In this document: piece by piece, positions 54,130-64,000 of the stretch
Numbering within the stretch: position 1 is the stretch's first letter
Layout: every line of letters starts with the position of its first letter
Assembly (NCBI GenBank): GCA_964016885.1
Contig: OZ024740.1
Location: 293,074,001-293,138,000 of the forward strand
DNA length: 64,000 nt
Origin: Eledone cirrhosa
Taxonomy: Eukaryota
Reading direction: 5' to 3'
Position numbers and translations under genes: made by a program
The notes under the pieces: generated by a model
Told to the model about the DNA's origin: nothing
What the model saw: the letters and a program-made list of their open reading frames with translations, nothing else
The model's database searches: none

Positions 54130-57100
54130 GTTATACTTGGGGAGGGTCATATTCGTGTAATATTGCCAGAATTAATAACAGAACACACTCACTGTTTGGT
54201 TGGTTTTCGCTTCTCGCTGTCTTTTATATCGGTAATCTAACTTACTCGGTCCTCAATGTTGCCATTGACTGACCGACGGTCAAAAATAATACAGATACAA
54301 TATAGACACAAACACATATATATAGTTTATCATACATCTTTCGTTGCACATCTGCAACATCGTCAGTGGTGTTATATTTTCCTCCTGTTGTGTTGTATGT
54401 CTACGCCATTTTTTATTCAGTCTGTCTATATATTTATTTATTTATTTGTCTTCTTTGCGCATGCGTTTGCGTGTGTGTATAGTGTAATGTTTGCTGTGTG
54501 ATGGGTGACTAGTGTGTGTTTATGTGCTTGTTGTTATTGTGCTTGTGTATGTATTTATTTATCTTATTTTATTTACTTATTTATACTTCTCTTAGGTCAG
54601 TGTTGTTTGTTTGGGTGTTGTTGTTATTCCATTCATTCTTTCTGTTTAGCTTTGGTCTTCTAATTTCTATTTCACTGGCCTCTCTGATTTGCCTATCTGC
54701 TGGGTCATTTCTATGTTTAGATATTATTCTAATTTCTATGTTGTCTATGTTACCGTCATGTTGTTGTCTAGCATGTTCGTATAGTACTGACCCGTTTTTT
54801 CGTCCTTTTAGTTCCCCCCAGTGTTGGTCTATCCTTTCACCTATGCTACGAGCTGTCTCACCTATGTATGTTGTTGTCATGTTTCTGCAAGTACCCTCTG
54901 TACATCTTATGCTATAGACTACGTTTCTAGTTTTACAGTTTATCCGGGGGTTCACCTTACATATGATACATTTCCTATTGGTACAGTGGGTTTTCTTAAA
55001 AGGGTAGGTCTTGCTGATCAGGGATTTTATGGTGGTTCCTGGCTTTTCTACCACCTTTATTTTTAAGTGGGTCTTTCTCAGGGCCTTTCTACACTGGTTA
55101 GCTAATTCCCCTCCAGGGGTGGCGTCCACAAACATGACACTCTGGTATCTCTGGTTGTCGTACCATGATGTGGCTTTCCCTATCTTATGTCTAGCCCTAT
55201 CTAAGCTATTCCATGATTTGCTCCTGTATAATGGGCAAATTCCTTTCATGTCCAGTTCTATGAGGGTCTTATACTTTTCCATGGCTCCTTCGTATACTCT
55301 GACTCTGTCTCTTTGGTTGTAGCCAGAGAACTGCATGCGGTTGATGAACTGTTGGATGTGTCTTTCCATTTTTGTTGGGTCGCACATGCGGGACACATTC
55401 TTCATCACTCGTACCAAATCTGCGATCAGAATATTAAACTTAGCACTACTGGACATTGCTGAATTTTTGAGTATCAGGTATTTGGAGGCCATGGGTTTAG
55501 CATAGTATGAGTGTAGAATGCTGACGCCGATGGCTGCTCCCTCATTTTGGGTGTAGATTTTCTCATTGAACTTAAATATGTGGCCCTTTAGGGTAGTTTT
55601 GATACTAGCCCCTATTGCATGTGCGACCATTTTTCTTAACTGATCATTGTTTTGGGGGGTCCGTATAGCTTTGGTCCACCCAATCCACCTTCCCATGGGA
55701 GTCTTTTTTGCCATTGAGGTTATGGTGGGGGTCTACCTCTTATAGGTCTACTAGGGCAGAAACTTCTAAGGTCATGGTTGTCTAGGTAGTCAGTGTCGTA
55801 GGTAAGTCTAAGTAGAAGGCCCAGTTCGTCTGTGTCGACGTCGCAGAACTACACCTCACTCTCAATGATCATCTCCACACATCTTTTCACAGCAAAATCT
55901 ATGTTAATGGATGGGTACAGTGACACCACATGCATGCTGCCTATTATGCAGTTGGATAGGCTCCTGTTTTTGTTGCACTCACTGATTCTATTCTGCTGAG
56001 GAGGTCCTCTGTACTTTCACATACATCTGGGGACATCTTCATTATGGGGCGTATAACCATTGAGAGGAAGTAGGAGATCCTGTAGTTGCTAGCTATATTA
56101 TCTCCGCATATGGGTCTAGTTGGTGGTCCTGTTGTCGGGTCGTCGACTGTCTTGTGGTCTTTGCGGAGCCCATACAAGGGTGGTATGCCATTGTTAGACG
56201 CCTGGAAGTTGTTGGCAGTGCGTCTGCTTGGCTTTAGGATGTCAGTCCACATCATCATGTGAGCGTTGAGGATTTTTTCTCTCCCATCGTGTGTTTGTTG
56301 TGCAACTTCGCTCGTGTTGGTGATGTGGGGTTGCATAGCCTCGATGTAGTTTGGCATGCTATCTATTGACATCCTACCAGACTTATCTGTGGGTAGACAC
56401 ACTACCTCACCATCCCTTGTGCGCTGCTTGAGGCTAACCAAGCCTTCTACAGGTTTCCTCCCAAGTTGTTGGGCCTCTGGTCTGCTCTGTCTCTTAGTAT
56501 ACCTGTCTACTATTTGTATAATCTTATTTCTAGCTATAGTGAACTGTGCCTCTGTCTCGTCATCTATTTGTTGTGGTATGCAAACTATTTTACTAAAGGG
56601 TAACCTCGTAGGATAGATATTACCCATCTTATATGTTTTGTTAGCTGGGTTGAAAAATAGTTTCTCTAAGGGGTTGTCATTATATCTATCGTCATAGTTG
56701 TGTGTGTTGCTATTGTTGTTATCAGGGTGGTTGTTGTTGTTTCTATCATTAGCATTATTATTATTCTTATGATTGCTAGATGTATTGTTGTTTACTTCAC
56801 CGTTATTGTTGTTGTTGTTACTGTTATTTCTACCATTGTGGTTGTTACTTTTATTATGTTTCTTGTTTTTGTTGTGTCTATCATTGATGTTGCTACATGT
56901 ACTATTTCCATTATTACCACTGTGGTTATTGTTGTTGTTGTTCGTATTGTTACCGTTATTACTACTGTGGTCGCTGTTGCTGTGTCTGTGGTTAATGTTT
57001 CTATTATTATTATTATTATTATTGTGGTTGTTGTTGTTCTGTCTATCGCTAGTATTATTACCATTATCACTATTTCTCACTTTCCTGCTATTGTTATGGT

Positions 57101-57930
57101 TATGGCTGTTATTTCTATACTCAGAGTTATTGTTTATATTACTACTACCGTTATTATTGTTGTTGTTGTTTACCTTTGCATTCCAACGTATTTTTGTGAA
57201 ACACTTTTCCAGCTCCGTTTTGCACTCCATAGGGTTAATCTTTTTGTAGATGGCAAATTTTAGTGGTAACCGTAGGATTTGTTGTTCTTGTTCACTGATT
57301 AAAGTGTTCCCATAGATATTTACTGTGTGGTCATTGGTAAATTCTTCCGGTAGTTTTACATCAGTCATACGGATATTGTCGATGTGGTCTGAGTATTTTT
57401 GAGAATATTCGATTTTCCTTTCTTGTAGTTTTTTCTTATCATCCATTCTAATTTCTTCTTGAAATGCCTATTGCATTCGTTTCGAGCGTATTTCGTTTCA
57501 CGTCTGATGGCGCTCATGAAGTTATCTCTCTCGTTTGCTGTGATGAGATTTCGGATTTCCTTACCGTTAATGTGTTTCTGTCTGTAGAGTGCGTTGACTT
57601 TTGTGTATGTTGTTCTTTTCATATTAACTGTTATTGTGTGTTTTAGTCGTTCGGCTTGTGTTTTGTTCAATAATAAATTATTTACTTGTTTTGATATGTT
57701 TGTTGTGTATGTTTTGGAGGAAACACAGTGTTTTAAGAAGCGGATTTGTTCTGTTGTTATTGTAGTTTTTATATAACAGGAAACAGTGTCTTTCAATAAC
57801 CTTTTAGCTTGGCACAAGCTAATGCCGTAGCGGCGATGAATTAGTTTTGCGAGGTTTTTTTATATGAAATCGTGTGTCGAAACAAATATTGTTATACTTG
57901 GGGAGGGTCATATTTGTGTAATATTGCCAG
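54130..57930 (-). mobile_element. Penelope-like element (RT plus GIY-YIG), internally deleted, clade uncertain
   Basis: ORF pieces with terminal repeat sequence at both ends (54130-54170 and 57891-57930); 3' end abuts (TA)n. Confidence 0.9.
54581..57817 (-). pseudogene. Disrupted PLE RT-GIY-YIG polyprotein with an Asn-rich insert
   Basis: TDKSG, LYGLRKDHK, PTRPI, IGSMHVVSLYPSI, YTQNEGAAIG joined directly to YAKPMAS (catalytic DD region missing); C..RKCIIC linker; VVY..YIGETARS..ER..QH; several frameshifts and a stop. Confidence 0.88.
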
Positions 57931-58951
57931 AGATACCAGAGTGTCATGTTTGTGGACGCCACCCCTGGAGGGAAATTAGCTAACCGGCGTAGAAAGGCCC
58001 TGAGAAAGACCCACTTAAAAATAAAGGTGGTAGAAAAGCCAGGAACCACCATAAAATCCCTGATCAGCAAGACCTACCCTTTTAAGAAAACCCACTGTAC
58101 CAATAGGAAATGTATCATATGTAAGGTGAACCCCCGGATAAACTGTAAAACTAGAAACGTAGTCTATAGCATAAGATGTACAGAGGGTACTTGCAGAAAC
58201 ATGACAACAACATACATAGGTGAGACAGCTCGTAGCATAGGTGAAAGGATAGACCAACACTGGGGGGAACTAAAAGGACGAAAAAACGGGTCAGTACTAT
58301 ACGAACATGCTAGACAACAACATGACGGTAACATAGACAACATAGAAATTAGAATAATATCTAAACATAGAAATGACCCAGCAGATAGGCAAATCAGAGA
58401 GGCCAGTGAAATAGAAATTAGAAGACCAAAGCTAAACAGAAAGAATGAATGGAATAACAACAACACCCAAACAAACAACACTGACCTAAGAGAAGTATAA
58501 ATAAGTAAATAAAATAAGATAAATAAATACATACACAAGCACAATAACAACAAGCACATAAACACACACTAGTCACCCATCACACAGCAAACATAACACT
58601 ATACACACACGCAAACGCATGCGCAAAGAAGACAAATAAATAAATAAATATATAGACAGACTGAATAAAAAATGGCGTAGACATACAACACAACAGGAGG
58701 AAAATATAACACCACTGACCATGTTGCAGATGTGCAACGAAAGATGTATGATAAACTATATATATGTGTTTGTGTCTATATTGTATCTGTATTATTTTTG
58801 ACCGTCGGTCAGTCAATGGCAACATTGAGGACCGAGTAAGTTAGATTACCGATATAAAAGACAGCGAGAAGCGAAAACCAACCAAACAGTGAGTGTGTTC
58901 TGTTATTAATTCTGGCAATATTACACAAATATGACCCTCCCCAAGTATAAC
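57927..58951 (+). mobile_element. Inverted 5'-truncated copy of the same PLE (GIY-YIG and 3' UTR)
   Basis: Reverse complement of 54130-55154, joined through CCAGA microhomology. Confidence 0.95.
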
Positions 58952-58955
58952 TATA

Positions 58956-59137
<182 letters not shown>

Positions 59138-59185
59138 TACTTGGGGAGGGTCATATTTGTGTAATATTGCCAGAATTAACCGTAA

Positions 59186-60784
59186 ATTGACCGTAAACCC
59201 TCTATCAGGCTTATTAACCCAACGAAGTCCGACATAGGGAGAATCAGCAAAAAAATCCTAGACCGCGTGATACCAAAAGTCAAGCAACACACCCGACTTA
59301 GCCTATGGATCAACACCCAGGAAGTAATCTCCTGGTTCAGCAATATGGAGGATAAACGAGAAACTAAATTCATACAGTTCGACATAGAGAGCTACTATGC
59401 TTCAATCACCTTACCGCTACTTACTGCCGCCTTGGACTTCGCCGAAACACTTGTGCCCATCACCGACCAGGAAAGAAAAATCATCCTCCACGCCAGGAAG
59501 ACAGTCTTACTCTTTGACGACTCTAAATGGATAAAAAGAGCTCCCGACTCACCCTTCGACGTCAGCATGGGCGCCACGGATTCGGCGGAGGTCACAGATC
59601 TTATAGGATTATTCCTAATAGCCAAACTCACTGATATGTTTCCTGCATTCGGTGGTGGATTGTACCGTGATGATGGGCTCCTTACCCTTAAAGGGTACAA
59701 CCCCAGTAGTACAGATCGGGTCCGGAAACAATTAATCAGATTCTTCCGCGACTGGGGATTTAAAATAACCCTACAAACGTCCCTGACCAGAGTAAACTTC
59801 CTGGACGTGACCCTCGACCTCGAAAACGACCTGTACTACCCATACAGGAAACCTAATGACAATCTGCACTACATCCACCGCCGATCAAACCATCCTAGGA
59901 ACATCACAAACAACCTGGTCAAAAACATCTCCCTCCGCATATCCCGTTTGTCAGCTAATGAGCGGATATTCGATGAAAATGCGCCTTATTACAACCAGGC
60001 CCTCAAGCGGAGTGGTTTCCGGGAGGAAATATCCTACTGTCCAGCTCCCATTAGCGGAACCAGCAGGAGACACCGCCGCTCACGCAATGTAACATGGTTC
60101 AATCCTCCCCACAACGCAGAGGTGACTACTCCCATCGGGAAACTATTCTTTGGGCTCATTGAAAAACACTTCCCATTACAACACCGCTACCACAACATAA
60201 TTAACAAAAATACCATCAAACTCTCTTACAGCACTACACCAAACTTCGCACAAAACATCGTCTCCTCTAACAATAAAAAACTCAACGCCGATGGCAGAAA
60301 TAACCTAAATAGCAGTGGAGAACCGACCAGGAGGTGTAACTGCCCGGATAGATCTATTTGCCCACTCGACAATAGATGCAGAGACCGTAATGTCATCTAC
60401 CAGTGCAACGTGAGGACGGATACCTCCAACAAAGCCTATATAGGACTTACCGCATGTGACTTCAAGACCCGGCTATACCAACATAGACATACCTTCCGAA
60501 ACCCGGCCCGGCGTCACGCCACTACACTTTCGGGCCACATATGGGACCTCAAGGACAACAACATCACCTATGATCTCACTTGGAGATTACTGTCCAGAGC
60601 CAATTCTTACACGGGAGGACGCCGTCCGTGCAATTTATGCTCGGAGGAAACTTTACAAATGCTGTTTTCGACGGACCAACTCCTAAACAAGAAAGATGAA
60701 CTGGTTACTGCATGTAAACATAGATTGCGTAGGACTTACCTCGCCCTCAAACCCCATAATGACCCGGGGGGGGGGGTAGACTAG
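59186..60784 (+). CDS. PLE reverse transcriptase and GIY-YIG endonuclease (N-terminally truncated, uninterrupted frame)
   Basis: [59 protein letters not shown] (CxCx5Cx5C), VIY..YIGLT..FKTRL..H, CNLC..E, CKH. Confidence 0.9.
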   Translation: MDRKPSIRLINPTKSDIGRISKKILDRVIPKVKQHTRLSLWINTQEVISWFSNMEDKRETKFIQFDIESYYASITLPLLTAALDFAETLVPITDQERKIILHARKTVLLFDDSKWIKRAPDSPFDVSMGATDSAEVTDLIGLFLIAKLTDMFPAFGGGLYRDDGLLTLKGYNPSSTDRVRKQLIRFFRDWGFKITLQTSLTRVNFLDVTLDLENDLYYPYRKPNDNLHYIHRRSNHPRNITNNLVKNISLRISRLSANERIFDENAPYYNQALKRSGFREEISYCPAPISGTSRRHRRSRNVTWFNPPHNAEVTTPIGKLFFGLIEKHFPLQHRYHNIINKNTIKLSYSTTPNFAQNIVSSNNKKLNADGRNNLNSSGEPTRRCNCPDRSICPLDNRCRDRNVIYQCNVRTDTSNKAYIGLTACDFKTRLYQHRHTFRNPARRHATTLSGHIWDLKDNNITYDLTWRLLSRANSYTGGRRPCNLCSEETLQMLFSTDQLLNKKDELVTACKHRLRRTYLALKPHNDPGGGVD

Positions 60785-61914
60785 GGCTATAAAACCCCAC
60801 TTGCCGATTTTGCAATGGGTAACCCCTGCTTGCCAAGGGAGACGTAAGATCTTCTTTGTATTCTTTTATCGCTTCCTTTATTTCCTTCCTTCCCCCCTCT
60901 CTCCTTAGTCCTTCTACCCCAGCTCTTCTCCTTTGTCGGCGTCTTTTCTCGCCCACCCGAGGCTGCCCTTTGGCCCCTTGTAGCCTTTGTACCCCCACCC
61001 CCTCCCCTAGTCTAGGATAGATTTGGCGGACTCTGCCCTTTATAGCAGTTGGTTTAGACCCCGGATACTTGTCCCCTTTTTCCGACCGCTCCCACTATTC
61101 TCTGTGCCCTCTATATTTCTTAGTGGCACTTATGCCTTATTTTTTCGTTTCAGCATTTCTTTCTTCGCTTTTCTTTTGGGCGGGGTGGATTCTGAATTTA
61201 TTCTTCCGTTTTCTACCTTTACTTCGTACGAACTTTCATTGTTTTAGATCTTTTAGAGTTAGCATTAGTATATATTTTTCTCGGGACTCAGAATTATTAT
61301 CTCGTATTAGTTCACTTTGCTGCACTGGGTGGTTGCTGGAATTGTGCCCGGGATGGAAACCTTTATTGTTTATTTCGTGGTAGTCTCTTTAGTATTTTGG
61401 CCCCTTTTGTTGACCCGTCACCGTATCATTTACGTACTTATACCTCTTAAAAGGGTCCTCGCCTAATCCGTCCCACCTAGTTCTTTTACTTATTTCGTTA
61501 TTTCTTTATTTCTTTCTTTACTTCTTTCTTTCTTTATTTATTTATTTATTCTAGCCTAACAATAGCCTGAGACCTAGGTCGTAGAATTTAATTTACTTTA
61601 CTTTTTTCTTTACACTCATTTGTTTTTCTTTACACTTATTTGCTTTTCTTCACTCTCAGTATTTTTTCTTTCCTATATATTTCTACCCCCCCCCCCCCCA
61701 TTGTTCTACCTACCGTTCCGACTTCCTCCCCCTCCCCTGTATCTTCATTGACCTCATGCGCAGCTGTAGCTGGCACTACAAACGCTTGATTGGGGCTACT
61801 CCACCCCCTCCCCTCTTTCTCCTACTGGCAGGTTTAGCCACCATCTCCCCTACTAATTTGCAACCACAGAATTACTACTGATTTTTGAAAATCACTTTGA
61901 CCATATATGGAATT

Positions 61915-62008
61915 ACCCCTTGAGAAGATCGGCTATTTAAATACCAGGATAAATTTTCATTTAGTCCAGAATTAGCCGTCGAAACGGCTTGAGCTCAGCT
62001 GTCGGGGT
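61915..62008 (+). ncRNA. Type I hammerhead ribozyme (U3-A8 core) of the Naiad 3' end
   Basis: acccc-TTGAGAA-gatcggcta...tagccgtc-GAAA-cggct tgagctc agctg-TC-ggggt. Confidence 0.8.
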
Positions 62009-62099
62009 CTTACTGGTTCCTATTACCCACTGTACTACCTCAAGTATTGAGTACTTTGGTGCGTTATGGTCCACCTGGTTCCTTACCACATTTCCTTCG

Positions 62100-62151
<52 letters not shown>

Positions 62152-62155
<4 letters not shown>

Positions 62156-63209
62156 AATACAATATCGGAGAAAGCTTTTTAGCGATACTCCGGCCAAATT
62201 CCAACTCACTCAACAAACATTAGTATATATATCTAAGGCGGGTAACATTCCCGAGATCCATGGACGAGTTCTCTCCAGCGGTCTCTGTCCCTCATTATCG
62301 CTGCCATGTCCTGCGTCTCCAATAGACCAGTGTCTGTCCTTAGGGCATCAACATACGTTAACCTTGGTCTTCCTCTTCTAGTGTGTCCATATATGTATAT
62401 ATATATATTTATATATATATATATACATATACATATACTTATATATATACTCTGCTCATCATGAACGTTGAATGAGCAACCATCTTCGCAGCAAACACGT
62501 AGGAGTAATGCTTATGAATTAATTGATTATTTGAATTCTTACTATAGGTAGATAATTGCGATTGGATAAATAATTTCTTATTTGTTTAAAAATAATTCTT
62601 TATTTTTACTTTTATTATACTATTAGGCCCAAATGGGATTATATTTAATGGTTGTCGTATCGTCATAGGTGACTATTAAATTACAATATTAATCAAAGGA
62701 AACATTCGACTTAAAGAATATTAGATATTAATATAGTAGAATTGAAATAAAAATAGAAGCATTGCCTTAACATTGACTACATAATATAGCCTAATATTGG
62801 GCGTATAAACCTACTCGTTTTGCGTACTCCTCCGACAAACGAGAAGTGTGTGTTCGTCTCCCAGGTATGCTGATACCCATATTTTTCTGTTCACTGGGTT
62901 TATACATCCCATTAATAAACTATATTATGTAGTCAATGTTACGTCGACGCTTCTATTTCTATTTCAATTTTACTATGTTAATATCTAATATTCTTTAATT
63001 CTAATATCTATAAAGTTAAATGTTTTCATTAGGTTTTAATTTTTATTCCTAAATAAAAAAAAATATACTTTTTGATGCGGATAACTTAAATTGTAGATTT
63101 CGTAATCAAGTAATTTATACTTATCTATATATATAAAACTGAGGATGTCTGCCTGTGTGTGTGTGTGTGTGTCTGTCTGTGTGTGAGTTTGAATCCCTAA
63201 AAACTCGAG
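62152..63209 (-). repeat. Right arm of the ~1.05-kb inverted duplication
   Basis: rc of 52958-54008; includes only the first ~80 bp of the Helitron. Confidence 0.95.
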
Positions 63210-63496
63210 TTTTCCCCTTCAAAATAATCTCCCTTGAGTCTAACGCAATTTTCTATCCTTCTCCACCATGAGCCTTATACCCCCAACTTTGTATACATGC
63301 TAGATACTTGAACGTCTTCCACGGGAGATTTTCTCAACACCATAAAGAAATTTTGGAGGTAAGCAAACATAGAGGTTCAAAGTCGGCGTAAAAGCTTGTC
63401 TAAAGGAACTCCACATTGTTCTTGATTTCTGAGAGTTGAATACTCAGAACTCAACAAAACTGTTGGCCTCTGATATTCACACAAAGGGAATACTAT

Positions 63497-63682
<186 letters not shown>

Positions 63683-63737
63683 ACGTGGGAAAGTAAAAAA
63701 TCGGAGAATAGACCGTTAAAACATGTTTATTTAAAAT

Positions 63738-63780
63738 ATCACCTACGTACGTTTCGCCCAGTTGGGCTTCTCAAGGGCAT
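63738..63780 (-). ncRNA. Minimal hammerhead ribozyme (U3-A8 core) in a ~150-bp insert between TA tracts
   Basis: rc: atgccc-TTGAGAA-gccca ac tgggc-GAAA-cgtacg-TA-ggtgat; stem I partly decayed. Confidence 0.65.
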
Positions 63781-63861
63781 AAATAATCACAAGTGTTCCT
63801 TATATTACTCGGAAGGAGTTTTGGGGGTTAAATATATATATATATATATATATAAATATTT

Positions 63862-63930
<69 letters not shown>

Positions 63931-64000
63931 CTTCTTGCTCACATTTCTCTATTTTTATTTATATTTATACTCGGAATTTTTCCTAGAGTGCTTAAAAAAA

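Larger units (their letters stand above)
59180..62101 (+). mobile_element. Naiad-type Penelope-like element, 5'-truncated, with a long 3' UTR and HHR
   Basis: Open RT-EN frame, 1.3-kb pyrimidine-rich UTR, HHR, and a terminus at (TA)n. Confidence 0.9.

Noticed and set aside
56700-57263. Hydrophobic Leu/Val-rich ORFs
   Set aside because: Antisense frames of the Asn-rich PLE region
57830-57900. Antisense HHR in the PLE-1 terminal extension (CGATGA...CGAAAC)
   Set aside because: Core incomplete, stem II unconvincing, and the 5' box is not conserved in relatives at 25702 and 49614
57946-58500. Stand-alone GIY-YIG nuclease gene
   Set aside because: Near-identical inverted duplicate of the PLE 3' end; the ATG is an internal Met

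Overview
AT-rich, microsatellite-dense animal genomic DNA with no host protein-coding exon I can support. The tRNA-derived SINEs resemble octopus SINEs as I recall them, so an octopod cephalopod is likely (inference). The window is mostly transposable elements and their remnants. These include a near full-length R4/Dong-clade RLE retrotransposon inside (ACAT)n (4017-8131) and a complete Buster/Charlie-type hAT with TIRs and an 8-bp TSD (34016-37143). There are also two non-autonomous Helitrons, RTE and CRE remnants, three SINE families, and a ~10-kb nested inverted structure (52958-63209) holding two different Penelope-like elements (PLEs). The main signal not shown by the ORF track is a set of roughly a dozen hammerhead-ribozyme (HHR) motifs from several dissimilar sequence families. 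Most lie in short non-coding tandem or fold-back units planted in (TA)n tracts, and four carry the compensatory U3-A8 core. Two of them form head-to-tail arrays (320-bp and 522-bp units) that look like retrozyme or circular-RNA precursors. Most short ORFs in the track are microsatellite artefacts. All RNA folds and alignments were done by eye, and boundaries of decayed elements are approximate.
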